A stretch of DNA of 63,675 bases, the filler included, from Octopus bimaculoides (taxonomy: Eukaryota): the NCBI RefSeq assembly GCF_001194135.2. It is 12 parts of 12 records of this genome, joined end to end, with 100 filler letters (N's around TTAATTAATTAA, not from the genome) between each part and the next. Parts side by side here need not be neighbours in the genome. Positions count along the whole stretch, not along the records: positions 34,158 to 54,250 come from NC_068983.1; 11 more parts are not named here. One strand, 5' to 3'. A program made the translations under genes and the position numbers. This document shows positions 39,019-51,338 of this stretch, in pieces (position 1 is the first letter of the stretch; each line of letters starts with the position of its first letter). Below the pieces are notes generated by a model. It was not told the origin of the DNA. It was given only the letters and a program-made list of their open reading frames with translations, and made no database searches.

Positions 39019-39142
39019 GATTACCATAAAAGAAGTTGTTACACATGATTTCGACATCAACTATTATATGCAACAGGAAATGATTGCGTCGTTAATCAAT
39101 TCATCGCATTTTTGCATGCAGGACATGTCATATATATGTAAG
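39019..39142 (+). CDS. Caspr-type repeat gene, exon (module 2 middle)
   Basis: TTATAG|...|GTAATT, 124 nt, phase 2 to 0: ITIKEVVTHDFDINYYMQQEMIASLINSSHFCMQDMSYICK, with the LI..S..C.Q...Y.C motif. Confidence 0.88.
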
Positions 39143-40272
39143 GTAATTAACAATTTCTAATTAATAGCGCTTTTATATCTAGCTCGTAGCTATGGCATGT
39201 TAGCGTGTAGCTGCAGTTAAATATATTGAGATCATTTCAAAGATGTGGCAATAGAATTTACCAAAGGCTTGTAATAAAGTGGGTTTCGTTTAAAACATCT
39301 TTACATTTATACCTGTTCCCTAACTCATAGTCATCAGAACGCTACCAGCTGACCAAAAGCAAAAAACAGTACTTTCAACATATTTCCGCAGTCTCCGTCA
39401 ACCAGACTTCGACAGGTCACATTTTGGACGTGCCAGCCAGCGGTCATTCAAAGACTTGTCTTATAAGTTTTCCATGGCCGCAGTTTAATGACTGAAACAA
39501 GAGAAAGTTAAAAAATACAAGATGAAAGTTTTTCAAAGTTAAATGTGAGCAGGAACGATTGTGCGGCCAAGAATTTATCTTTTTGTGTTCAATCCAATTG
39601 CCTGGCATATTTGGCATATTTTACCATAGACTCGGAACAAGGAAATCCTTGAAAACAAAATATGGTGGACGGAAACTATGTGGAAGCCTGTTAAAGCCTG
39701 TTTTTGTTTTGGGGGAGTAGGTTTTATCCGACGCTAATTTGAATACAATCTGAAGAAAACAATGAGAAACCTTGAGAATCTGTCTACTTTTAGACCCTAC
39801 TCAAAGACAACGTGTTCGGTTGCATCTCAAACATTCAATAAGTTACGGAACATGAATAAAGATCCTTTATCTTGTTTCAGTCATTCAGACTGCGGCCATG
39901 CTGGAGCACAGCCTTGAAGAATTTTAGTCAAACGAATCGATAACATCGGTAATCAACTGGTGGCAGGGGACAAACAGACACAAAGACGCGTTATCGCACG
40001 CACACGCACACATATACATACATACATTCTTTTATTATTTTACTTGTTTCGGTCACTTCACTGTGGCCATAGTGGAACACCGCCTTAAGGGGGTTTAAGT
40101 CAAACAAATCGACCCCTGGACTTATTCTTTGTAAACCTAGTACTTTTTCTCTCGGTCACTTTTCCCGAACCGCAGAGTTACGAGGACATAAGTACACCAG
40201 CATTGGTCGTCAAGCAATGGAGGTGGGGAAGGCAAACACAGACACACACACACAAATACATACACACACACA

Positions 40273-40306
<34 letters not shown>

Positions 40307-40333
40307 AATACATACACACACACACACACACAT

Positions 40334-40371
<38 letters not shown>

Positions 40372-40629
40372 GTATTTATATACACATATATATACATATA
40401 TATACGACGGGCTTCTTTCGGGTTCTTTCTCCCAAATCCACTCACNNNNNNNNNNNNNNNNNNNNNNNNNNNNNNNNNNNNNNNNNNNNNNNNNNNNNNN
40501 NNNNNNNNNNNNNNNNNNNNNNNNNNNNNNNNNNNNNNNNNNNNNNNNNNNNNNNNNNNNNNNNNNNNNNNNNNNNNNNNNNNNNNNNNNNNNNNNNNNN
40601 NNNNNNNNNNNNNNNNNNNNNNNNNNNNN

Positions 40630-40693
<64 letters not shown>

Positions 40694-40799
40694 TAAATGT
40701 AAGGATAAGCAAGGTAGGTAGGTAGGTCGATGTACAAAGAATATTAAATGAGTTAAATAAAAAATGTATATGTTTACATACAAAAAGGTTCAACTAACA

Positions 40800-41930
40800 C
40801 AGAATAAAAACGATATCAAGAATTAAAGGGGTTGAAGAAGAGTACTACAAACCCAACAGCTGTTTCTGAGAGCTCGGTGGTCCAAATTAATTATTGTAAA
40901 TTGGTTCCATCGTCGGATGTTACGAGCCTCCGTCTTCAAGGAAGAAACATTATATTTGAGGTGTTGAAAGAAAGGAGATTTAAGATGGAATGATTTTGTG
41001 GAGAGCTAAGTGTATTAGGGGGGAGAATTGGGGAGATATTGAGATAGAGAATAATGAAAGGAGGGTATAAATTTCAAGTGTTAGATGTTAATAAGGAGAC
41101 TAGTAGGGAGTTAAGATAGTAGAGGTGGAAAGTAGGAGGAAGAGGGGAGGGTGGTTTATGTAGTATGTGAATGGTAACGTTTGTGTTAGTTTGTATGAAG
41201 GTTATAGAATTAATGGTTGAGATAGTGAAAAAGGGAATAGCCATCATTTGAGGGAAATATGTTGACTGGTTCAGTGGCTGAGGTAGATTATTAAAGGATT
41301 ATTGAAGTATGTAGAGAGGTATAAGGGAAGATAGAAGGGGAGTTGTTTGATCAATATAGCAGTTGTTAGTGGGGCAAATGAACAGGGTTTGTGCTGGAGA
41401 GGGAGTGCCATGGTATGCAGAGGTGTAGGAAATTGAATAGAGGGATGTGAATAGGGAGGCGGTAGATGTTGACAGGTTAATATCAAGGGTAGGAGTAGTA
41501 TTAAGTACTTTTTGTGAGGAGGAGATATAGGAGGGTAGTTAGGAGGGTGGGAAGGTGGGGATGCAATGCAGGAAGTGGTAAGTAGTGGTTTAGGGGAATC
41601 TCCTAATATAATAATGAGTGTAGTGTTTTTATATATTTGTATGTGTGTGTTCAAAATCACGTAGGACGGAGTAGGAGAAAGAGTTGCATAAGTGAAGTGA
41701 GAGGAGAGAAAATAGTAATTCAGTGAAGGAAAAATAGTGAGAGTAATAGCCCTGACTGAGGGGGAGTGAGAGAAAGTAATAGCAATGAGAGAAAGGAAGT
41801 GGCAAAGAGTGTGTTGCGTATCTTGTTTGTCTCCGTCACAACATATGAATGAGAAAGGAAGGGGTGAAAAAATCAGCGTTTCAACTCTGTGTGAGTATAT
41901 GTGTGTGTATGTAAAAGGGAGGTGTGTGAA
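40800..41930 (-). mobile_element. Probable PLE 3'/terminal region with a U3-variant hammerhead (40852-40942)
   Basis: Purine-skewed like 2221-3000. Minus strand reads CC TTGAAGA C GGAGGCTCG...CGAGCTCTC A GAAAC AGCT GTT GGG, with the same ACAGCTGT stem III as the 2165 HHR. Confidence 0.55.
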
Positions 41931-41963
<33 letters not shown>

Positions 41964-42023
41964 AATGGAAATAGGATGGTGAACGTTCAACGCTGAAAAG
42001 AAAAATCAGACATTTCAACTCTG

Positions 42024-42430
42024 TACATTATTTAGATTATTTACATTATTTACATTTGACGGATATTTGTCCTCATCTTGTTTGTTGTTAACACAATGTT
42101 TCGGCTGATATACCCTCCAGCATTCTTCAGGTGTCTTGGGGAAATTTCGAACCTGGGTTCTCATTCCAAAGGTATTTTTCGATGTTATTATTATTATTAT
42201 TGTTGTTGTTGTTGTTGTTATTGTTCAGATCACTGTTTGGAATCGAAATCGGAATCTTGGAGTTAGTAGCCCGCGCTCTTAACCACTACGCCATATACTC
42301 GTGGGCAATTATGGAGTGAATTTTGGGGTTTATAAATCTAATATTTTCCTATCCTTCCTTAATACCGGTTCTCATATGCTGCTCATATCTGTACTCGGTC
42401 TGCTCAGGAGGTTGCTGTGTCCTATCTATG
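42024..42430 (-). mobile_element. PLE 3' end: ORF C-terminus followed in the same orientation by tRNA head + HHR + tail
   Basis: Minus strand reads IGHSNLLSRPSTDMSSI*EPVLRKDRKILDL* (stop about 42330), then TGGCGTAGTGGTTAAGAGCGCGGGCTACTAAC, (AAC/AAT)n, a degenerate HHR at 42090-42135 and a tail ending in AATAATGTA-like repeats. Confidence 0.85.
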
Positions 42431-42567
42431 GATAGTATCGGTGGCGCAGAGAGGGGAGGTTGGTATGCATGGGCGACTACTGGTCTTCTACAAATAACCT
42501 TGCGCGGACTTGTGCTTCGAAGTGTAACTTTCTAAGTGCAATCCCATGGTCATTCAAATTCGAAGGT

Positions 42568-42624
<57 letters not shown>

Positions 42625-43789
42625 NNNNNNNNNNNNNNNNNNNNNNNNNNNNNNNNNNNNNNNNNNNNNNNNNNNNNNNNNNNNNNNNNNNNNNNNNNNN
42701 NNNNNNNNNNNNNNNNNNNNNNNNNNNNNNNNNNNNNNNNNNNNNNNNNNNNNNNNNNNNNNNNNNNNNNNNNNNNNNNNNNNNNNNNNNNNNNNNNNNN
42801 NNNNNNNNNNNNNNNNNNNNNNNNNNNNNNNNNNNNNNNNNNNNNNNNNNNNNNNNNNNNNNNNNNNNNNNNNNNNNNNNNNNNNNNNNNNNNNNNNNNN
42901 NNNNNNNNNNNNNNNNNNNNNNNNNNNNNNNNNNNNNNNNNNNNNNNNNNNNNNNNNNNNNNNNNNNNNNNNNNNNNNNNNNNNNNNNNNNNNNNNNNNN
43001 NNNNNNNNNNNNNNNNNNNNNNNNNNNNNNNNNNNNNNNNNNNNNNNNNNNNNNNNNNNNNNNNNNNNNNNNNNNNNNNNNNNNNNNNNNNNNNNNNNNN
43101 NNNNNNNNNNNNNNNNNNNNNNNNNNNNNNNNNNNNNNNNNNNNNNNNNNNNNNNNNNNNNNNNNNNNNNNNNNNNNNNNNNNNNNNNNNNNNNNNNNNN
43201 NNNNNNNNNNNNNNNNNNNNNNNNNNNNNNNNNNNNNNNNNNNNNNNNNNNNNNNNNNNNNNNNNNNNNNNNNNNNNNNNNNNNNNNNNNNNNNNNNNNN
43301 NNNNNNNNNNNNNNNNNNNNNNNNNNNNNNNNNNNNNNNNNNNNNNNNNNNNNNNNNGCCTCAATCCTTCAGGGGTAGTCTGAAGCATCCAAGCAACCAG
43401 GGGATGTTTAAGTCCGGAGGCACTCCTGGGAATCACCTGTGCGGGTACCGTCTTGGGTAGAGGGCATCCAGAAACAGGTAATTTATTGTTTAAACCGTAG
43501 TTTATAATTATATTTATGTGGAGAATGGAGCAACAAATACAAGAAGAAGCAATTCTGTTGGGCTAGTTAGCCGTTGTTTTATTATGTGGAAATTATGTAA
43601 TGAGTCATTGTGGAGGTTGAGGTTATGTAATGAGTCATAGTGGATGTTATGTAATAGTCATTTACGCACGTTTCAATCTGGCCAATGGTTTGGCAGATCT
43701 CTTCAGAATGTTGAGGAGTATGTTAAGAGTTCATGGTGTGAGAGATGTAGGAGAAGTGATTAGTGGATATATTAATGTATATAGTAATT

Positions 43790-44585
43790 TTACCTTGTCC
43801 TTATTCTTAGTGCAAATTATGAAGAGTGCAGTTCGATTTTAAGTTATTTTTTTCAAAGCTACAAATTAAAAAACAGCATATTCGGCATATTTTGCTTTAT
43901 GAGTTCAATAAAGGTAATAATGCAACGGAAAGTACCAGGAATATTAATGCAGTACTTGGGGATCGGACAATAAGCGTAAGCCAGTGTCAACGGTGATTCC
44001 AGAAATTCCCAGCCGGAAACTATAGCCTAGAAGATGAGCCTCATCCTGGAAGATATGTAGAGCTCGACGAAAACGTCCTGCAAACCCTGTTGGAAGAAAA
44101 TCCCATCGTAACTATTGAAGAACTAGCACGAAAGCTTGTATTCGGTCATTCAAGCAGTCATTCAATTCAGCGCTAGAAGAAAAACGACCATAATTGGTTT
44201 CAAAGCGAAAGATGTTCTTCCATCAGGATAATGCTCAGCCACACACACAGCCTAGATGACATTCGAAAGGCTGGAGTTGTTTGAACGGGAAACGATGCCT
44301 CACCTACCATATTCGCCGGACATCTATTCCGCAGTTTTCAAAATCAATTGGACGGAAAAAATATGAATTCTGTAGACAAGGTCAGAACAGTATTGGAGGA
44401 GTATTTTTCGTCACGGACAAGTGAATTTTGGAAGAGGGGGCTTGCAAGTCTTCCAGATAGATGGAAGAGCATTGTAGAAAATGAAGGAGAGTATATTTTA
44501 TATTTAAAAAGAAGTTTGTTTATCTTAATTTTGGAAAATAAGAGAAGTATAAAAAACCGCATTATTTATGTGATGACCCAGTATA
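43790..44585 (+). mobile_element. Internally deleted mariner element
   Basis: HIRHILLYEFNKG...EDEPHPGR...EENP (HTH region), HQDNAQPH...PYSPD and FWKRGLASLPDRWKSIVENEGEY. Confidence 0.92.
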
Positions 44586-44600
44586 TACATACATACATAT

Positions 44601-44656
<56 letters not shown>

Positions 44657-44660
44657 AATG

Positions 44661-45433
44661 AACAAAGTTTAGGTTACATAGAATATGTTTGTGACATATT
44701 TCAACCGCTAATTCACTGCAGTTCCCTTGAAGAAAATGTTCTCTTACGGTAAAAAGGTGTAAAAACACTATATCCGTTCAGTGACGCCATCTATCAAGAT
44801 TCCCCAGACATCGAAGTTTCTAGCTCCTTAGCCTTAATCAATGGGAAATACCTAAGAGAAGCAACTCTGAACAGATCTTCTTTGGCTTTATTTATAGTAC
44901 AGTCAACAACGCTGACTGATTTTATAGATCAGGTCGTGGAAATTACAGAAATATCAACACCAAGCAGTGTTTAGGTATAAGCAAAGTATAGGTTAGTTAA
45001 AATATGTTTGTGACATATTTCAACTGTTAAAAGACTAATTCACTGCAGTTACCGTAGAGAAATTTTTTCACTTATGGTTAAAACTCTACTTAACGTTAAT
45101 ATTTCGGTAATTTCCACAACCTGGCGGTCTATTCGCGGAAACAAGTCAATGCTGTTGACTGTATTTTAGATAATGCTATAACTTCATGAGATCTGTTCAA
45201 AGTTGCCTCTCTTAAGTATTTTCCACTGATAAAATGTAAGGAGCTTGAAACATCGATGTCTAGGAATCCTCATAGATGGCGACACTGAACAGATATGGTA
45301 TTCTTACACCTTTTTACCGTAAGAGAAAATTTTCCCTACGGTAACTGAAGTAAATTTGCTTTTTAGCAGCTGAAATAAGCCACAAACATATTTTAACTAA
45401 CCTAAACTTTGTTTATGCCTAAACCTTGCTGGG
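44661..45433. mobile_element. Large fold-back (palindromic) MITE-like structure
   Basis: 44661-44958 pairs with the reverse complement of about 45085-45413. The segment 44959-45080 is a direct copy of the arm start. Confidence 0.8.
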
Positions 45434-46105
45434 TGCTAATTCCCAGGCCGGACATTGTGAGTGTTTATTGAGCGAAAACACCTAAAAGCTCCACGAGGCT
45501 CCGGCAGGGGATGGTGGCGAACCCTGCTGTGCTCTTTTACCACAACTTTCTCTCACTCTTACTTCGTGTTTCTGTTGTGCCTGTAATTCAAAGACTCAGC
45601 CTTGTCACACTATGTCACGCTGAATATCCCCGAGAACTACGTTAAGGGTACACGTATCTGTGGAGTACTCAGCCACTTGCACGGTAATTTCACGAGCAGG
45701 CTGTTCCGTTGATCGGATCAACTGGAACTCTGGACGTCGTAAGCGATGGAGTGCCAACAACAACAGTATATATATATATAATAGTAAATGCGTTAGCAAA
45801 TGGGGTAAAATGTAGTTAATGCATATCGCCTTTTGATTAGTAATTCTGTCGATTCTTATAGGTTGTTAGTGTAATTTTACCCATCCTTTCCAGAGTCCTG
45901 AGATGCTGGCATTGACTAAGGAATAAAGGAATAAGGATCTGTATAGATAACTAGACTCACCCAACACATTAAAAGTTCAGTCTTGCAAGGAAGTAATTTT
46001 AGGAACTAAAAACACGTATTAAACTCATATGTACCCTACATTTCCTGACTACATGTTTGTAAATCTCTAATTACATGAATAATTGTGTTTTGTATCTATT
46101 GACAG

Positions 46106-46189
46106 GAATAAGGCCATCCTGCAACGAGTACCGAAATACCGGGTCTGACAAATCCTATACATATTTAATTGATGTTGATGGTCACAAAG
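46106..46189 (+). CDS. Caspr-type repeat gene, exon (start of module 3)
   Basis: TGACAG|...|GTAATA, 84 nt, phase 1 to 1: IRPSCNEYRNTGSDKSYTYLIDVDGHK. Confidence 0.88.
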
Positions 46190-46346
46190 GTAATAAAACG
46201 AACACACAACGCTTTTTTTTTTCTGAGCCTGCTAGGTATGCATTTCAGACATACATTGGGCATGAATGGGTTGAATAGGTATTCAAAATCAATGAAAATA
46301 TTCCCAGTAGAAAAATGTGTTCTTCGTTCTGGTTATGCCATTCATA

Positions 46347-46930
46347 GCCCAGCTTGGTGTTTTCACGCAATCATCGTCTATTAGAATTTCTCTTCTAAGA
46401 CGACTGTTACCACAGCAAAGATATTTCCACATTTGAGTGTAAACAAATATATTAACTCTATACATAATTTATATACTTTATTTTATTCATACTATCACTG
46501 CTTAGAGTGCTTTGATTAATTAATTAATTAATTAATTAATTACCTAATTAACTAATTCTAACTTAACAAACTTTTGCACGCGCCAGCAAATTTATTATTT
46601 GTTGTTTATAAGTAAGCACGTTAGTTCTTAGTTGATTAAGAGCTGATGAAGTGTAATGACACAGAAACACGTCGTACAATCCGACGACGTCAATCATAAC
46701 CCAGCTTAGTGTATTTTTACACATATTGTGTATAGAAAGTATTTCTCTTTTGAAACAGATACCGCAGCGAAGTTCTATCTACATTTGAGTGCACAGGAAC
46801 GAGTTAAATATAAATGTACACTGCTTATTTTGATCATCGCTAATTATTGTTCCTTTAATTAATTAATTAATCCCAGCTTGATAAATCTTTGCACACACCA
46901 GCTAATTTATTATTTACTGTTTATATATGA
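46347..46930. repeat. Diverged tandem duplication (about 350-bp unit)
   Basis: CCCAGCTT.GTGT..., CAGC.AAG...C.ACATTTGAGTG, (TTAA)n and TTTGCAC.C.CCAGC.AATTTATTATTT each occur twice in the same order. Confidence 0.7.
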
Positions 46931-47094
46931 GAATAACAATATAAATGTAGACAGATTTATTTTAATCATCACTTCTTAATTTCTTTCATAAATATACTTC
47001 ATATATTTTAAATTCCATGAATGAAAATAATTGACCTGCTAAGAACATTTAGTAATTTTCTCAAATTTGAAAATGTATCTTTTAATGTGTTTAG

Positions 47095-47183
47095 GTGCGT
47101 TGCAACCGTTTCCGGTCTATTGTCAGATGATCGTTCAACCCCCGTATGGATCGACAATTGTTCACCACCACCTGACTAATATA
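47095..47183 (+). CDS. Caspr-type repeat gene, exon (module 3)
   Basis: GTTTAG|...|GTATGT, 89 nt, phase 1 to 0: (G)ALQPFPVYCQMIVQPPYGSTIVHHHLTNI. Confidence 0.88.
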
Positions 47184-47490
47184 GTATGTTATTCCTTCAT
47201 TATTAAACAAAACTACAGTAAATATTGTAAAACTGCGATAGATTGGCAGAATCGTTAGAGTGACAGTCAAAAAGCTTGATGTTATCACAGTTGCATATCT
47301 AAGTTGAAATTCCTCCGAAGTCCACTTTGTATTTCAACCTTCCTGGGTCGATGAAGTAAACAAGTTCAAACTGGGTCTTTCTCCAAATTAGGGCTGTGTA
47401 CCAATCTTAGAAATAATTATCATAAAGTGAAGTGCAAAGGATTGAGTTAGTAAGGTACAAGACAACTAATCGAGAAGTTGGTGGTTCGCA

Positions 47491-48171
47491 TCATCGCACC
47501 AATACTTTGTATCCAAGTAACATAGGCTACTTACCCCGTAGATAATGTATTAGCAATAATGCCACCAATATAAAACAACATGCTTCATTAGATCCCTGTA
47601 CTGAGTCCAACGTAGGCTACAACATTCTTATAACTTTCCATAAGCCGTGACACCAGTATCTAGTCGAATTCATAGAACCCCATGAACTGAGCCTCTAAAT
47701 GCAAGTCATGTTTACTTTTTGATTCGCTAAGCCTTCATTCAAGTGTTTCTCAGCAAAGAGTTTTTGAAATATAATTTGGATTCCTTGAAAAGCTTCTCCT
47801 CCAAAATCTAGTGCAAAAGTCCCTAGACCTATATTTTTGATACTCCTGTAGCGGTAGTTAGATAGTTGAATGTTCTCCCTTGCAAGAAAGATTATAGAGT
47901 AACCTCCCTTTACTAAGTTTCTCGAAGCATCTGCGTCATGAGACATGATTCTTAGTTAGTCAAGAAGTTTAGCGTTTCTCTTGGAAGTTTCTAGAATGTC
48001 TAGGATTCCATTAATAAAAACAGCTTGCTAACCTAGCTCTTCGCTTCTTAGTTGATTAGACTTAAAGCCAGCCACGTCATTCCAATGCCCGTCTATTTCT
48101 CTGCACCACATGACTGAAAACCACCACTTAGCTGTTATTTCTACATTTTCTATCTCTGAACTTTCTTGCAT
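47491..48171 (-). pseudogene. Decayed intronless ORF of unknown origin (227 codons, five internal stops)
   Basis: One frame reads MQESSEIENVEITAKWWFSVMWCREIDGHWNDVAGF...SHDADASRNLVKGG...IKNIGLGTFALDFGGE...EGLANQKV. Family not identified. Confidence 0.5.
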
Positions 48172-50534
48172 AGATTAATTCATTCAACTAGATTCTAGAT
48201 TTTGTTTATGTATCATCATCGACCAGTAAATAAAATATATATTTTATGTAGTAAATATACAGGTCCTGAATTTATTCTTCGTCTCTATATGAACTCTTGT
48301 AATAATATACACGCAGCCACATCAACACCTGGTACTGACTATATATAACCACTACACTGCTTCGTCATATCCGGCAGTGCCGGAGTATCCTGTGTAAAGA
48401 ATATATCGTCAAATGGTTACGTATTATAGAACAGACATTAGTAATGTACTATTATTTGTTATTAACTTAATTCAAACTCCGCCGTGGTTTAACTTTGTCG
48501 TTCATCTTTCCAGAGTTGAGAGAATACCATCAAATACTGGGGTTGGATGATCGACCACATGAAAAATCAATTTCATTTAATTTAATGTTACATTTTTGAT
48601 GAGAGGCATAAGCTCGGCTTTATCTAGCAACTAACTCGATTCTAGGCTAAGTTTTAGAGAGCCACACCTATATATCATTCTAAATCGAGAATCGGTCTGG
48701 TATGAAAATTAATTTTGGTTAATAAACATTGGTGAAAACCTTTGTCCATGGCAATAAGTGGATCGGAAAAACAAAAATCTTTTCACGTGGTTTCGATGCA
48801 AATCCGTTAGGTTTAGTTCGTTGATATTACTTCAAAATTCCAGTGTTTTTACAGACTTCGTATATCCTTGTAATTTTTCATGCGTACCTCTGAAGAAACG
48901 AGTACCCAGGTTTAAAAATCCATTTCCTAACTGCTCTATTGATACAATTTTCTTAAATTGCATTTGCAACTCTTTTTCTTTCCATTATACTTCTACTCGT
49001 ATGTAAAAACTTATTTTCCTATACACACACACACACATACACACGTACATACATATATATACATATAGAGAGTGTGAGAGAGAGATAGTGTGTGTGTGTG
49101 AGAGAGAGAGTGTGTGTGTGAGAGAGTGAGTGAGAGAGAGAGAGACTTTATTTGTGGATTAAGGAGGCAACCAACGGTTTTATGTAAAGAGATCTTCACA
49201 ATTGTTCAAGCGTGCCTCATACGAGTGTTAGTACTCGTCTCCATTTTGAATATAGATAGATAGATAGATAGACAGACAGATAAAAAAGAGGAAAGAATAT
49301 ACCATAACTATATATAGTTATAGTATATTCTGTTAATAATGTAGTAGAATACAGTATAAAGCTCGTCCATCTTCAGATTTAACCTTGTTATCCAGGAGTA
49401 GTATTATACGTACTTCCAAGTTTGAGTTTGGGTATCTGTCGTGTGTGAATAGATAATTGAAAAAATTGGAGATTTATTATTTTACTCACTACACTTGTTT
49501 CCACGTAACTTAGTTCTCCAGGTGTGAAGATACTTGATTATGTAATTGTTTCCTTGCATTATGAGATCTAGTTGTGTTTCCTCAGGCGATTTGTAAATAT
49601 TCTCTGTAAGTTCAAAATCCTCAGCTTCAAGAACATCATTTGTCATGACCTGAGTTTAATAGTAATCACCGAGATTATCAGGGTGTGTCGTTGTTGAAGG
49701 GACATTGGCAAACTGCTTTAAATGTGTAGATGTAGTGGGATGGTGATTCTGCTACTGTTAAAGTGGTTGCCATTTTAAAGAGATTTGTAATTTCTTTCTT
49801 TCTACTGTTAATTTGTTCTTCGTGGTTGGTAACACATGTAATTGTCCTTAGCTGACCTTTAAGATTCAATGCTCGGACACATACACGCGCACATGGACAC
49901 ACACACATACACATTCACACATATATATATATATAGTTATATATATNNNNNNNNNNNNNNNNNNNNNNNNNNNNNNNNNNNNNNNNNNNNNNNNNNNNNN
50001 NNNNNNNNNNNNNNNNNNNNNNNNNNNNNNNNNNNNNNNNNNNNNNNNNNNNNNNNNNNNNNNNNNNNNNNNNNNNNNNNNNNNNNNNNNNNNNNNNNNN
50101 NNNNNNNNNNNNNNNNNNNNNNNNNNNNNNNNNNNNNNNNNNNNNNNNNNNNNNNNNNNNNNNNNNNNNNNNNNNNNNNNNNNNNNNNNNNNNNNNNNNN
50201 NNNNNNNNNNNNNNNNNNNNNNNNNNNNNNNNNNNNNNNNNNNNNNNNNNNNNNNNNNNNNNNNNNNNNNNNNNNNNNNNNNNNNNNNNNNNNNNNNNNN
50301 NNNNNNNNNNNNNNNNNNNNNNNNNNNNNNNNNNNNNNNNNNNNNNNNNNNNNNNNNNNNNNNNNNNNNNNNNNNNNNNNNNNNNNNNNNNNNNNNNNNN
50401 NNNNNNNNNNNNNNNNNNNNNNNNNNNNNNNNNNNNNNNNNNNNNNNNNNNNNNNNNNNNNNNNNNNNNNNNNNNNNNNNNNNNNNNNNNNNNNNNNNNN
50501 NNNNNNNNNNNNNNNNNNNNNNNNNNNNNNNNNN

Positions 50535-50572
<38 letters not shown>

Positions 50573-50610
50573 CATATATATATAATTTATATTTCAATCG
50601 TGTGTTTCAG

Positions 50611-50734
50611 ACTTCTACAGTTGAATTCACTTACATTTACGCCTCTTACATTCAAGTGACAAAACTAATCTCGAACTCAGCCTACTGTTCCCAATCATTT
50701 AGATATCACTGTTCTGAAGCCCCATTACATTCAA
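50611..50734 (+). CDS. Caspr-type repeat gene, exon (module 3 middle)
   Basis: TTTCAG|...|GTAAGT, 124 nt, phase 0 to 1: TSTVEFTYIYASYIQVTKLISNSAYCSQSFRYHCSEAPLHS. Confidence 0.9.
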
Positions 50735-51305
50735 GTAAGTTTCTTTTCTTTCACCCATTTGAGATTACATATTTATCTACAGGAGAGTTTGTCTCCGTAG
50801 AGTTAGTTGGAAAAATTGATAGGGTGTCGTGTTATCGATTAAAGTGAGTCTATTCTGTAGCCATAACCAAATTCAACATCTTTATTTGAGGGACCCTCTA
50901 TGTGGTCATTTTATCTACATGAAATAGCAGCCAAATCTGACAACATACACTCCACATTTTTAAATAATGTTGTCTTAGGTACAAAAACAAGACATAATGG
51001 TCACAGACAGACTACTTCCAATTAAATATCTGCGCTATCGTTTGAGGTTAAACAACAATGATTCTCACCAACCCAATTGACGAGTTATAAATAATTTAAT
51101 AGTTCGGATATCTTAACTTACCATCTGGTCTTCAATTACGTTTAACGTCGTTCACTCCCTTGGAATGAATTCAGACCAAATTCGTTCCTTCTGAAAGCAG
51201 CGAGAGAAGTAATCCATTGAGTCGAGAGAATTTAAAGAAAAGTCATTCCTGTACTGTCACTGCATAGAAATATATTTATATCTATCAATGTGTGTCATTG
51301 TATAA

Positions 51306-51338
<33 letters not shown>

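Noticed and set aside
39331-39416. Open phase-0 stretch SSERYQLTKSKKQYFQH... as the missing module 2 exon
   Set aside because: It lacks the expected Trp/Cys motifs and a strong donor. The true exon is more likely in a gap.
41271-41990. 239-aa Pro/Leu/Ser-rich ORF
   Set aside because: It results from strong strand-composition skew in a PLE-associated region plus a (CA)n start; no domain motifs.
45862-45995. GC*CN...VQSCKE reading just upstream of exon 46106
   Set aside because: It has three stops and the wrong phase for joining the next exon.
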